Shown in pieces: positions 1-9,583 of a stretch of 64,000 nt of DNA. Positions within the stretch are counted from its first letter, which is position 1; every line of letters starts with the position of its first letter. Origin of the DNA: a virus; IMG/VR virus record IMGVR_UViG_3300032157_000004, positions 17,874 through 81,873 of that record; one strand, 5' to 3'. The notes under the pieces were generated by a model. The model did not search any database and was not told the origin of the DNA. It saw nothing but the letters and a program-made list of their open reading frames with translations. Position numbers and translations under genes: made by a program.

Positions 1-2044
1 TCGTTATATCAATATCTTCTAATAACCCTTTCCAGATTCCTTCAAAATTGTTGATTAGATCTGACTGCATCACTTCTTCAAGTTTGCGGCTGACCATCGG
101 CCCCAAAAAAATCGGCAAAATTCTGGAGTAGACGGTTTCGTCGGCAAAGGGTAGCTTGGTTGCCGTCATTGTGACCCAGCAATTTGTTTTAAATTTTATT
201 AAATTATTGGTCGTATGTAGCTGTCTTAGTTCGATCTGTAGCCCTGTTGCCACACGGTTGAGCATGTCAGGCAGAGAAGCCATGTCGGTTTTCTCTAGGT
301 TGTCCAACACCAGATATCTGTGGTGTGTCAGAATCGCTCTCAGAGCATCCGGCTTGTCGTCACTTGGCGACGTAACCTCTGCGTTCCAACCCTCTTGAAT
401 CCTCAAAAGCCTTCGTGCCGTTGTCGTTTTGCCCAGTCCAGGTTCGGCTACGATGGTCAGGAGAGGTCGCACAGGCATGATTTCAGCAAAAAAAGTACAC
501 ATAAAAAATGCCTTGACCAGTTGCATCTGCTGAAACGCCGACAGTCCCCCGCCGCCATCAGCAAAGTTTACATCGTCTACCAGATAGGGCCAGGGAGAGA
601 GTGGCGCAACCGATAAATTATAAAGATTTTCTAGGTGAAAAGAATCTTCCGCATTCTTGAATAAAATATTATCGATCTCGCCGTTGTAGACGACTCTCTT
701 GATGGCCGGATCACCTTCTAAAATATAAATTTCTTTGCCACCTAAATTTATATATTCGTAAGTACCGTCCCAGTGTGACCTCTTTTTGACATAGACAATC
801 CTGGCACGGTCGTAGGCCAGATGGCGGATCGCTTCCATCACCTGTTTGCCGAATGATTCCGCTTGGTTAAGCCCATAGTGGTTGTGCAAGAATCTGATCC
901 ACGTCGGCGTGTCGAAGGTAAAGAGATCATGGTCGGCGTTGCCGATCCAGTGCGTGTCATTCTCATCACGGACAATACGCCCATCTTCCATCAAATGCTG
1001 GATCACATTACCCGCTGCGCTTCTAATTTTTAGAAAGACAGCGCCCTTGCCCAGCCTGATATTATCAATCTCTAAGAGAGCGTTAGAAGCGGCTCCGCGT
1101 CCTGCCAGTTCTGCCAATTTGTTGAGATCGGCTGTCGTCATAAAGACAGCCAACCCGTTTAGCCCCAGAACACTCTCACCCGCATGGTACTTAGTAAAAG
1201 TAGAATCTACCGCTTTAAGCTGGTCGGCTAGACTGCCGCCGCCGCCAACATCGTGAATCTCAGTCACGATCTTGACGACTTCCTCTTTGACCCAACCGCA
1301 GATCGCTAAAGCCCCTGAGAAGCAGAGCGCCACATTATGCCGCTGCCCTGGATTCCAGTAAGGAACCATGAGGCTGATAATTTCTTTTTCAACAGCCAAG
1401 TCACCCTCAGACTCGACCGCCTCCGTCAGCGCCGCTAAGGTTGTCTTGTCGTCAAAACATTTTTCCGGATCAAGCGGAGCGCCTGTCTCCCACTCAGTCG
1501 TGTTGACAAAAAAACATTTATTTTTTGTGCCGTAGTGGATACCCAACGGAAGCCGGAGCAGGTTGCCGAACGGGTTTGTCTTGGTTGTTTCGCCTTGTTT
1601 GGGGAAAACCTCAACATGCACATCGCCCGACTTGGGTGCGCCTACAAGATCACGCACCCGATCCATCATCTTTTTAACAAGCTTGCCGGATTCTTTGTCG
1701 ATAAAAAATAAATAAATATGGTATCCCTTTGAGCCGGAGAACTCGACATGAAAGGGAATATTTTTTGACGCCAGCCACAAGGCTAGTTTGTTAGCTAATT
1801 TTTTAGCTTCATCCAGCCCCAGCTTGCTGTCTACATCAAAAGCTGCCCAGCGCACCATGTCGCCGCCCTGGAGCGTGTACGCCCCCAGTGTGCGTACACC
1901 GTCCAGATGGTCGATCACATCGGCAAGATCAGGTACTTCTTTTTTAGTCTTATAGCTGACACCGCCGCTGGCATCTAGTTCAGCTTCGGCATACGCTACT
2001 GCATTATCGTAAAAAATATCGTAAATAATACGCTCAAGAGACAT
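1..2044 (-). CDS. Primase-helicase: N-terminal AEP/primase-polymerase domain fused to a C-terminal P-loop (SF3/D5-like) helicase; 3' end lies outside the window
   Basis: Missing from the ORF track because it runs off the edge. Manual translation from ATG 2044 (MSLERIIYDIF...) is open to position 1. AEP motifs RWAAFDVD and EFSGSKGYHIY, plus GNLLRLPLG. Walker A AEPGLGKTT (~430-450) and Walker B-like YLVLDN. Confidence 0.85.
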   Translation of the reverse strand, partial: MSLERIIYDIFYDNAVAYAEAELDASGGVSYKTKKEVPDLADVIDHLDGVRTLGAYTLQGGDMVRWAAFDVDSKLGLDEAKKLANKLALWLASKNIPFHVEFSGSKGYHIYLFFIDKESGKLVKKMMDRVRDLVGAPKSGDVHVEVFPKQGETTKTNPFGNLLRLPLGIHYGTKNKCFFVNTTEWETGAPLDPEKCFDDKTTLAALTEAVESEGDLAVEKEIISLMVPYWNPGQRHNVALCFSGALAICGWVKEEVVKIVTEIHDVGGGGSLADQLKAVDSTFTKYHAGESVLGLNGLAVFMTTADLNKLAELAGRGAASNALLEIDNIRLGKGAVFLKIRSAAGNVIQHLMEDGRIVRDENDTHWIGNADHDLFTFDTPTWIRFLHNHYGLNQAESFGKQVMEAIRHLAYDRARIVYVKKRSHWDGTYEYINLGGKEIYILEGDPAIKRVVYNGEIDNILFKNAEDSFHLENLYNLSVAPLSPWPYLVDDVNFADGGGGLSAFQQMQLVKAFFMCTFFAEIMPVRPLLTIVAEPGLGKTTTARRLLRIQEGWNAEVTSPSDDKPDALRAILTHHRYLVLDNLEKTDMASLPDMLNRVATGLQIELRQLHTTNNLIKFKTNCWVTMTATKLPFADETVYSRILPIFLGPMVSRKLEEVMQSDLINNFEGIWKGLLEDIDIT

Positions 2045-2056
2045 AGCAGACTCTTT

Positions 2057-2710
2057 CTAAGGATTTTCCCCATGTTCAAAACGAGCCGAACGAGCCGCTG
2101 CATACGCTCTATCTACACCTGAGTAAAATGCTGGAAGATGTTTTGACCTAGTTTCTACTAGCCAGTGTTTCTTCTCGCCAGCATCTTCTGGATATATTTC
2201 CAATAAATTTGCTAAAAGACTATCTTCAACGACACTGATCATTTGATGATACTGGGGAGTGGGCGCAAACATAAACCAACTTCTCCACAGTCCTTTAGAA
2301 TGCTGAATAATTGGGTGAAAATGTGTTAGCCCTTGCCCTGGCTCTGGTATAGAGCCTAACAGCATCCATCCCGCATTACTAGACCCAAAAGAGTCAGCAA
2401 ACCCAGGCAAAACCCCTCCCCAATCATGTATATCTGTCCAGTAATCTTTATTGTCTGATAATTCAGTAGGATTGCCTTTTACTTCTACAAAAAGATCAGT
2501 TGGCGTATCTTCCGGTCGCCATAAATCTTTTTTTGGGAAATAGAGTCTAAAGTCAGGAAGATAATATCCGTATCGACTTTTGTAGCCTTCTTCTTCATAT
2601 CTCCAGGCTATTCCTAACGTTTCAAAAAACACAGCCCAACGTGCTTCTAATCTGGAACGAAAACGATAGCCTTTGTAGACTGTTTCAATTGCCTGTATCG
2701 TCGCTGTCAT
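2057..2710 (-). CDS. PD-(D/E)XK-family nuclease-like phage protein
   Basis: YKGYRFRSRLEARWAVFF...YLPDF...FVEVKG motif series typical of this phage family. Confidence 0.7.
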   Translation of the reverse strand: MTATIQAIETVYKGYRFRSRLEARWAVFFETLGIAWRYEEEGYKSRYGYYLPDFRLYFPKKDLWRPEDTPTDLFVEVKGNPTELSDNKDYWTDIHDWGGVLPGFADSFGSSNAGWMLLGSIPEPGQGLTHFHPIIQHSKGLWRSWFMFAPTPQYHQMISVVEDSLLANLLEIYPEDAGEKKHWLVETRSKHLPAFYSGVDRAYAAARSARFEHGENP

Positions 2711-4710
2711 CCTACTGCCTCCCTTACCAAGTAGTCTTTCCAGTTAATCTTAGAGATATCCAGTTCCGTCTTGTATTCGCCCAGCGTACCGTAGCTATCT
2801 CCGCACTCGATATCGGTTAAGAACGGCACACCGAAAATATCTTCGCCTTCCATCACCCTAGCCAATACCGGAGGGGCAATCTCCATATATTCCTCTTTGA
2901 TCTCAAAGAGTGCTTCGTCATGGATGATGGAGATCAGATAGCCCCAATCCTGTGCCTCTAAAATTTTATTGGCACGCGTTAATACCACACTCAAAAAGTC
3001 ACCAGCGCCGCCCTGGATGATGGCATTGATACCTTTGTAGGCGTCATCTTCATAAAGAGGAAACCAGTAGCGACCAGACCAGTAGCGAATGCCGCCATCG
3101 GCTGTGATCTGTTCGACAATCTTGGCAAACCAGGCCAACAGCAATGGGAAAGTCGAGAAAAAAGCATCGCGTACCTCTTGAGCGTCGGCTTCAATTTCTA
3201 ATTTTTCAAAATATTCTTGTAAAGACTCGACCGACATGCCATAGCTCAGACCAAAGACTGTGGCTTTCGACCAATCTCTATGTTTCTTGTTCTCATCTGG
3301 CCCGCAGTCGCCCCAAATACGAATCGCAATCGACAGGTGGATATCCTTACGCTTTGCCATGTAGTCCAACAATGTCGGCTCTTGCGACAGAATAGCTAAC
3401 AGCCTAGCCTCTTGTTGTTTGTGGTCGATGGACACCATCTTGTAGCCAGGACGCACCGTGAGCGACTGGCGCAAGTTGTAGCTGCCCTTGCGCTCTACAC
3501 CTCCCGTATAGGACGATTCTAGGTCGTATTTGCGATATTTAGCTGCTAGTTGCTGTAGATTAGGATCAGAGCAGCTAAGACGCCCTGTGACGGCTCCTGT
3601 GGGGTTGAAGGAGGCATGTAGGTTGCCGTGTCTGTCTCTCAAAATTAAATATTTTTCGGCGTACTCTTTGAGCTTGACTGTCTCTCGGAGGACAATAATC
3701 TCTTTGCGTGCGGGATGTTTGGTTTTGAGCAGGATCGGCGTACCTGTGCATGTGCCTGTGTACATCTTGGCGGCTGCATTTTTTGATCCTGGTGGGAACG
3801 GACTGATGGGCATATCGATCCCTAAATCTTCATAGATAGCTTTGGATAGCTGTTTGGAAGATCGCCAGTCTACTTCTTTACCCAGCACATCATAGAGTTC
3901 TTCTTGCAGTTCACCGATGTTCTTATTGAACTCAGTGATAGCGGTATGACAAAATTTTTCTTCGAGACGGATTCCCCGCCACTCTATTTTCTGTAGTAGC
4001 CTTAGATACTCCATCTGACCCTTGACCATGCCCATCAAATCCATCTCACGGATCTTCGGCATGAGGACTTGGGCCAGTTGATACGTCACCACACAGTCAT
4101 TTGTACAATAATCCTCTAAAATTTTTTCTCCCCACATCCAGGGCTTTTTATTAAATTTTTTATCGGCCTTGCTGATGTGATCTCGTTTGCTGACTCCAGC
4201 CAGAAACTCAGCTTCGGCGGCTTCAAGAGATTTCAGTAAATTAGAGTCGATGAGATGTGTGAGGATAGCCGTGTCGAGTATTTTACAAGGAAGCTCCCAC
4301 AATCTCAAACCCAAAAAATGAGCATCAAATTTCAGATTGTGACCCACTAAAACCGTCTTGGGGTTCTGGCAGATCGCTTGGACTGCCGACAAGAAATGAG
4401 TAGCCCGAATCGGCTCTGGAATCGCATAAGTCTCCTGGTCGGGAACATAGGTCACATCTTTAATCTTGCGACCCCGTTTCGACTTGGAATAGTCCATTGT
4501 CCCATTCCATTCCTCACGCTTCTTAGGCTTGCCGTAGTCAGCCATTTGGTAGGAACAGGTATGGGCATAGCCGGAGATACCTGCCGCCTCACAATGGATG
4601 CCAATGCCGATCAACTGGTCGGAGTACCAGTGCAAGCCTGTCGTTTCCGTGTCGATGGCAAGAATCTCGCCTTCACACGCCAAGATATCTTCTCTAAGTA
4701 GCTTGGTCAT
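2707..4710 (-). CDS. polA: Family A DNA polymerase with 3'-5' exonuclease domain
   Basis: Exo motifs AIDTET and GHNLKFD; TGRLSCSDPNLQQ; motif A (SIDHKQQEARLLA), motif B (RDWSKATVFGLSYG), motif C (IHDEALFE). Confidence 0.95.
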   Translation of the reverse strand: MTKLLREDILACEGEILAIDTETTGLHWYSDQLIGIGIHCEAAGISGYAHTCSYQMADYGKPKKREEWNGTMDYSKSKRGRKIKDVTYVPDQETYAIPEPIRATHFLSAVQAICQNPKTVLVGHNLKFDAHFLGLRLWELPCKILDTAILTHLIDSNLLKSLEAAEAEFLAGVSKRDHISKADKKFNKKPWMWGEKILEDYCTNDCVVTYQLAQVLMPKIREMDLMGMVKGQMEYLRLLQKIEWRGIRLEEKFCHTAITEFNKNIGELQEELYDVLGKEVDWRSSKQLSKAIYEDLGIDMPISPFPPGSKNAAAKMYTGTCTGTPILLKTKHPARKEIIVLRETVKLKEYAEKYLILRDRHGNLHASFNPTGAVTGRLSCSDPNLQQLAAKYRKYDLESSYTGGVERKGSYNLRQSLTVRPGYKMVSIDHKQQEARLLAILSQEPTLLDYMAKRKDIHLSIAIRIWGDCGPDENKKHRDWSKATVFGLSYGMSVESLQEYFEKLEIEADAQEVRDAFFSTFPLLLAWFAKIVEQITADGGIRYWSGRYWFPLYEDDAYKGINAIIQGGAGDFLSVVLTRANKILEAQDWGYLISIIHDEALFEIKEEYMEIAPPVLARVMEGEDIFGVPFLTDIECGDSYGTLGEYKTELDISKINWKDYLVREAVG

Positions 4711-4987
4711 TGGCAATCTCAGTATTTCGGAAAATAATAAGCGGCGTCACTGTCCAGCCCCACTGTCGCATCGTTGCCAACGTAGCGAATGGGCCACAAC
4801 CGTCTAAGTAGCCTTCGCTGTTTAGCCAATGCACTCTAATTTTTTTACCAAGTTCGTCGTCGTCTCTCTCAAATAGAAACCACTCACCTTCGACTCTAGC
4901 CGCCTTACGCTGCAAAAATCTTTCATAAATTTTTTGCATGTCGTCATGGGTTGCCGGAGGAATGTCTTTATCTTTTGGTGTTTCCAT
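4694..4987 (-). CDS. Hypothetical protein
   Basis: 97-aa ORF overlapping both neighbours in the same-strand operon. Confidence 0.55.
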   Translation of the reverse strand: METPKDKDIPPATHDDMQKIYERFLQRKAARVEGEWFLFERDDDELGKKIRVHWLNSEGYLDGCGPFATLATMRQWGWTVTPLIIFRNTEIANDQAT

Positions 4988-5354
4988 CGGTTTTTCTCGC
5001 TTCGTTTTCTATCCACCAGCTTGCCATCGTTGCCGCATCTCTGGCATGGACGCCAGGAATCTCCACTCTGGCGATTAAATTTTTCCAGCGTACAGGCTGA
5101 ATTTTTTCAACCCGATAGCCCGCCGTCTTAAACCAGCTTTCGATGTGGTTGACGAGAGCCACTTGGTTGAGATTGGGCTGGCCCAACGGGTAATCTTCGA
5201 TGATTACCACATCGGGCTTGGAGATCAGCACCAGATGGTTGAGAAAGCCGTTGCCGTAAATTTTTTCGTGCTGCACCGTCATCGTCAACTCAACCGCATC
5301 AGTCAGGACAGCGATACCTGTCCATGACCCAGGATCGATACTAAGAACCCGCAT
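4968..5354 (-). CDS. RuvC-like Holliday junction resolvase
   Basis: MRVLSIDPG...VVIIED...HARDAA acidic RNase H-fold motifs. Confidence 0.75.
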   Translation of the reverse strand: MRVLSIDPGSWTGIAVLTDAVELTMTVQHEKIYGNGFLNHLVLISKPDVVIIEDYPLGQPNLNQVALVNHIESWFKTAGYRVEKIQPVRWKNLIARVEIPGVHARDAATMASWWIENEARKTDGNTKR

Positions 5355-5359
5355 CAGAC

Positions 5360-5584
5360 TTATCTCCTTAGTGTGTCATCGTCCAGAAAAACAGCGCACT
5401 CAGCAGGGGTATTTTCTTTCAGACACTCGACTGTCAACTTTGCATTTTCTTCGGCAATCCGCATCGTACATTCGCTAACCAAAAGAACAATACAAACTAA
5501 TGTGATACAGACTGCTACCGCCCCCATAAGCTCCTGGCTAAAGTTAGACCAGAAACTTTTCTCCTCAACTTCATTTTCTTCCAT
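5360..5584 (-). CDS. Small membrane protein
   Basis: One hydrophobic segment (LMGAVAVCITLVCIVLLV); operon position. Confidence 0.55.
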   Translation of the reverse strand: MEENEVEEKSFWSNFSQELMGAVAVCITLVCIVLLVSECTMRIAEENAKLTVECLKENTPAECAVFLDDDTLRR

Positions 5585-5613
5585 TATTATTTTCTCTCTT
5601 AAAATTTTCTGTT

Positions 5614-5650
5614 CCTGCCAAGAAAATAAAAAATTTATTTTCTTGGCAGG
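5614..5650. terminator. 17-bp perfect inverted repeat (terminator/hairpin) downstream of the SSB-like gene
   Basis: cctgccaagaaaataaa (5614-5630), aaa loop, tttattttcttggcagg (5634-5650). Confidence 0.6.
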
Positions 5651-5702
5651 TCTAGGGATGTCCTAAGTAAACTACCAGGGAGGCATCAGGACAGGCATCA
5701 AA

Positions 5703-6263
5703 TTAGAGCGGAAAACTCTCGTCGCTGCTCAACTCATCCGGTGCAGGTCGGCGCTTGCGGCCCTGTGCAGCCGCCTCTTGTGGTTGGCTGGCGCTGCGTG
5801 CCGGAGCCGCTACGGGCGCAACATCAAAATCGTCTGAGTTGCCATCGGCGTTGCTGTCGGAGCCAAAGTCATCTACAGAGCCGTTCTGCTCAATCATCTT
5901 GGCGCGGCCCGCATCGTTCGTGAAATAGCCTTTGATCTTGTTCTGGTCTGCGCCGTTGTATTCTTCAATGCTGATACGGGCATAGCACTTCTTACCCTTA
6001 TAGAAGCGGTAGTCGAACTCTTTGCCCTCTGGAATTTCTAGGGCTGAATTGAGGTTGTCGAACTTCCACTGGGTTTCCGGCGTAAAGACCAGATGGTCAT
6101 TGAACAACTTACCGATAGGCTTGCCGTTAGCAATAGCAGCAATGGAGAGAGTGATCATGTCGTTGCCGCTCTTGGACGTACCCTCTTTGGAGTCCACAAT
6201 GGCAATCTGGTAGATACCCTCTGCGAGAATACTGGAACCTCTTGAAACGATCTTACGTGGCAT
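5703..6263 (-). CDS. DUF669-like single-stranded DNA-binding protein
   Basis: LAEGIY...SKSGNDMITL...FNDHLVF...EEYNG..NKIK pattern; acidic flexible tail ending SFPL; next to an AAA ATPase and an exonuclease. Confidence 0.65.
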   Translation of the reverse strand: MPRKIVSRGSSILAEGIYQIAIVDSKEGTSKSGNDMITLSIAAIANGKPIGKLFNDHLVFTPETQWKFDNLNSALEIPEGKEFDYRFYKGKKCYARISIEEYNGADQNKIKGYFTNDAGRAKMIEQNGSVDDFGSDSNADGNSDDFDVAPVAAPARSASQPQEAAAQGRKRRPAPDELSSDESFPL

Positions 6264-6287
6264 AAAAATTTTCTCCTCTTGAAAAAT

Positions 6288-7196
6288 TTATTCGGGAACT
6301 GCCGTGCCATCTTGAAACACTTGAATGTGCTTAATCAGGCTGTCATAGTGATTGGGAAACTCTCTGGCGGTTGTCTTGAGTCGGTCTTTGCCCATGTAGC
6401 CCGTTGTCATTTTGAATGACGACATATGCTGATCCGGCTGGTTGCTGCCCATCTTCTTAGGATAGAGATAGCCGATCATGTCTGTCATTCTTTGTACGTC
6501 CGGCCCTACCTGGCGACCGACAAACTTGGGAATGATCTGCGTTTCCTCATCGCCCACTTCCTTTGGCGTTGCCGCCGCCGTAAATACGATATGGAAAGGG
6601 AGTCGCAGAAACAAACGTAATACCCTGGCAAAGTCACGATTAGCCTTGCCGTAATCTGCCAGCGTCAACTGGTCGTTGTACTGGCGCTTGACTTTGGTGT
6701 AGCGAGACACAACATTCTGTGTGATATGTGTCTGTAGCTCATTGAGCGAGTCGATAACGATAGTTTTAACCGGAAACGGTCTGGAAGTATCCTTGAGCCG
6801 TTCCACGATCTTGTAGTAGAACTCGACAATCTGACTGTAGTCCGTAATATCTCTCTGTGGATTGGCTGGATAACGCCACACATCACCCACCAAGAGAGTC
6901 GAATGCATCCCACCCTCTAAGTCGAGAAAGAGAGGCTTGGGAAAAGTCGCCGCCATCGTTGTCTTGCCTGTGCCGGATACCCCATAGAGAAGGCACTTGA
7001 GACGCAGCTTAGAAGCCACCGCATCTTTATTCCAGACACCGAAAAATTCTGCATCTTCCGGCTCGGCATCTTCTAGCTCAGGCACTTCTTCGATATCAGC
7101 GCCTTCTTCATATTCCTCAAACTCATCATCAGCCTGGTCATCAACCTGATCGTCGGTCACTTCTTCATCTTCGACTTCTTGTACTCGGTCACTCAT
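6288..7196 (-). CDS. AAA_24/Sak4-like ATPase (phage recombination)
   Basis: LLYGVSGTGKTT Walker A, FLDLEGG, TIVIDSLNELQ; very acidic N-terminus. Confidence 0.8.
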   Translation of the reverse strand: MSDRVQEVEDEEVTDDQVDDQADDEFEEYEEGADIEEVPELEDAEPEDAEFFGVWNKDAVASKLRLKCLLYGVSGTGKTTMAATFPKPLFLDLEGGMHSTLLVGDVWRYPANPQRDITDYSQIVEFYYKIVERLKDTSRPFPVKTIVIDSLNELQTHITQNVVSRYTKVKRQYNDQLTLADYGKANRDFARVLRLFLRLPFHIVFTAAATPKEVGDEETQIIPKFVGRQVGPDVQRMTDMIGYLYPKKMGSNQPDQHMSSFKMTTGYMGKDRLKTTAREFPNHYDSLIKHIQVFQDGTAVPE

Positions 7197-7197
7197 G

Positions 7198-7941
7198 TTA
7201 AGCCTTCTTAGTCTGATATGGACTGTCTACGCATTGACGATAGAACCCACAGTCCCAACAACAATCTTTTGTCCAGTTAGGATAAATTTCTAATTTTTTC
7301 TTGTCTGCTTTTTTAATCTCCTTGACCTGGGGAACCAGACTGTCCAAATAGGCTTTGATAAAATATTTCTGTCTGGTTGCCGTCGCTCGTACTGTAATTT
7401 TTTCTGTGTTGCCTGTCTCCAGGTTGACAATGTTGTAAATCAACCCGAAAACCTCTATGCCTAGAAGATGGGCCAGCGCCAGATAGTGAGACACTTGGCT
7501 ATCCACTTCCAGGTTGGAAGTCTGGTGAGATTTTTGAAATTTGTGATCGACAATATAATTTTTTCCCTGTTTGTTGACCAGCAAGTCCCAAATACCCATC
7601 AACTTGATCCCGTTGTAGCTGGCTTCGACCGTGCGCTCTACCGCCAATACTTTCCACTGGTCGTAGATGTTGGCCCAGTTAAAGTAGCGCACAAGGATAT
7701 GGTCTAGCTCATGCATTCTTTTGATAGCATCGTCAGTCTGCGGCGCATAATCGACCCAGGCTGCTCCCGCTGCTTCTTTGATCGTGCTGCCGGAGTAAAA
7801 TTTAGCCAGCGCCACATGCGCCGCATGACCCCTTTGTAGAGCTAAAGAGTCCTTTTGCGGGACAGGATCGACATAAGTTAAGTGGTACTTCAACCTACAC
7901 CGTCTAAAGGTGGTCAAGCGCGTATTGGAATAACTGGTCAT
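7198..7941 (-). CDS. PD-(D/E)XK (RecB/Cas4-like) exonuclease
   Basis: SNTRLTTFRRCRLKY, GHAAH, GIWDLL...IVDHK, C-terminal CCWDCGFYRQC. Confidence 0.8.
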   Translation of the reverse strand: MTSYSNTRLTTFRRCRLKYHLTYVDPVPQKDSLALQRGHAAHVALAKFYSGSTIKEAAGAAWVDYAPQTDDAIKRMHELDHILVRYFNWANIYDQWKVLAVERTVEASYNGIKLMGIWDLLVNKQGKNYIVDHKFQKSHQTSNLEVDSQVSHYLALAHLLGIEVFGLIYNIVNLETGNTEKITVRATATRQKYFIKAYLDSLVPQVKEIKKADKKKLEIYPNWTKDCCWDCGFYRQCVDSPYQTKKA

Positions 7942-7947
7942 TTTCTC

Positions 7948-8196
7948 TTAGGTTTTCTGTTGTAGCTCTGCCAACAGTCCAAAAATTGCAACTGCTACAT
8001 CGGTCAGATCGGTAATTGGAATCTTCAATATCTCATCTATACCGATAGCTAAGACCATCACCGCAAAACCCACACGGTTAATTTTTTCTTCATCTCCCGA
8101 ATTGTTAGCTTCAGTTACCATGTAGAGTAAGTTTGTCGTAAAGATATCTGTGTCTACAAAGTAACTTTTTTCCTTAACAACTACTCTTTTGTTCAT
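7948..8196 (-). CDS. Hypothetical protein
   Basis: 82-aa ORF tightly packed in the operon. Confidence 0.55.
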   Translation of the reverse strand: MNKRVVVKEKSYFVDTDIFTTNLLYMVTEANNSGDEEKINRVGFAVMVLAIGIDEILKIPITDLTDVAVAIFGLLAELQQKT

Positions 8197-8699
8197 CGTG
8201 TTCTGATCTCATGTGTCTCTATCGCCGGATCAAGGAACACTTCGTAAAAAATATAATTGGGATTAAGAAACACCGCCACCGCATAACTCTGGTAGGGCTT
8301 GGCTTTCTGCAACACCTTCTGCGTGATGATAGTGCCAGTCAAAAAGGTGTCGATAGAGCGTCCCGCCATCACGATCACATCCTTGTCGGAGTCGTAGTCT
8401 TTCAAACCTTCGACCAGTTTCATCCGTGTGTTGTTGATGTGGTCGCTCAAGCCGTCCGTCACCATGATAATGTTTTCACAGAAAGGTTTGAGTGACGAGA
8501 AATCGTAGGCCACCTTGAACACATAGGCGTTGCGAAACGGTTTCTTGGCATCCTGGTCAAAGATGCGCTCATGCAATGCTTGACGACGTTCATGGCTGCG
8601 CCGTCTATCTTCATCTGTGTAAACTCTTGGCGGAGGAGCAATCGTGCCAGTTTCCCCGTCAAATTCGTTGTTGTAATTTCTACCCATGTCACACTCCAA
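8193..8699 (-). CDS. Hypothetical protein
   Basis: 168-aa ORF overlapping the next gene. Confidence 0.6.
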   Translation of the reverse strand: MECDMGRNYNNEFDGETGTIAPPPRVYTDEDRRRSHERRQALHERIFDQDAKKPFRNAYVFKVAYDFSSLKPFCENIIMVTDGLSDHINNTRMKLVEGLKDYDSDKDVIVMAGRSIDTFLTGTIITQKVLQKAKPYQSYAVAVFLNPNYIFYEVFLDPAIETHEIRTR

Positions 8700-8705
8700 C
8701 TTCTA

Positions 8706-9095
8706 CTAAATATTTAAAATTTCGTCGGTGAGAGGAAAATTTTCTTTGCTGAGATTACGCACATACTTAGGAACATTTAACTCCTCACAGATCCCAATCA
8801 TGTTGCTCGTGCCTGGACTTGAACCGTCCCACACTATGATAGCACCATCTATATAAATTGCCATCTCACGGTTGCGAATTGATCCTGCTGACTTACCGTA
8901 ACGTGTCCAGTTGGCGTAAAAAGGAGTCATCAAAATGCCATGCTCTTTGGCCCACTTCACGCCCAGTCTGTCTACGCCTGGAGCCATGCCGCTAACGACT
9001 TCCGTAATCAGCTTTTCATAGCCGCTCAAAACTACAGTCTCGCAGACAAGTTCATAACTGTTGACGGTTCGGCTACCTAAGATAGCAATCTTCAT
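8706..9095 (-). CDS. SLOG-superfamily (DUF2493-like) protein
   Basis: MKIAILGSR...EVVSGMAPGVD...YGKSAGSIRN..M...WDGSSPGT; start 9095 overlaps the upstream stop (ATGA). Confidence 0.75.
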   Translation of the reverse strand: MKIAILGSRTVNSYELVCETVVLSGYEKLITEVVSGMAPGVDRLGVKWAKEHGILMTPFYANWTRYGKSAGSIRNREMAIYIDGAIIVWDGSSPGTSNMIGICEELNVPKYVRNLSKENFPLTDEILNI

Positions 9096-9550
9096 CTGTG
9101 CCAAACTCTTTCGCACAGCTTTGTTTCAGTGCCGCGAGTGCCTAAATTTATCTCTGACCTTTCAGGAAATTTATCTGTCCATTGCTCAATTTGTTGACCA
9201 TTATGAGAAATTTTTAAAAATATCTCGTCATCTCCAACAGAGTTCTCCCAGCTATCTACTGAGTCACTGATTGGAATCCACTCAGTCTTTCCAGCTTCGG
9301 CTATGATACCTTTGAGCTTGACTACTTCACTTTTTAGCTGGTGTATGTTGACGATCAAGCCAACACGTTCCATCTCATACTCGTGGGCCATCTGGTCAAT
9401 GGTAGCTTCTCGTAAAGAGCTAACCAGTTCAGCGCCGTTATGCTGAGACTCAAGAGCGCGAACTAGTCTACTAATGAACGCGTCTTGAAACTTGTAGTCG
9501 TTCCACAAAGGTTCGACATTGATTGTCTGCGGCCACTCTGACTCACTCAT
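9092..9550 (-). CDS. Hypothetical protein (coiled-coil)
   Basis: 152-aa ORF with RBS (AGGAG); its ATG is coupled to the reconstructed pre-insertion helicase stop. Confidence 0.65.
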   Translation of the reverse strand: MSESEWPQTINVEPLWNDYKFQDAFISRLVRALESQHNGAELVSSLREATIDQMAHEYEMERVGLIVNIHQLKSEVVKLKGIIAEAGKTEWIPISDSVDSWENSVGDDEIFLKISHNGQQIEQWTDKFPERSEINLGTRGTETKLCERVWHR

Positions 9551-9583
9551 TTTTCTCTCCTGGTTTTCTCTAAATTTTTTTGG

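Noticed and set aside
3395-3440. PolA motif A reading DHKQQE rather than DYSQIE as a sign of modified-base replication
   Set aside because: The catalytic Asp and Glu are retained, such variation is common in phage PolA, and no base-modification pathway genes are seen.
7198-7941. Cas4-like protein as evidence of a CRISPR system
   Set aside because: Its context (AAA ATPase, SSB-like) is a standard phage recombination module; no array.
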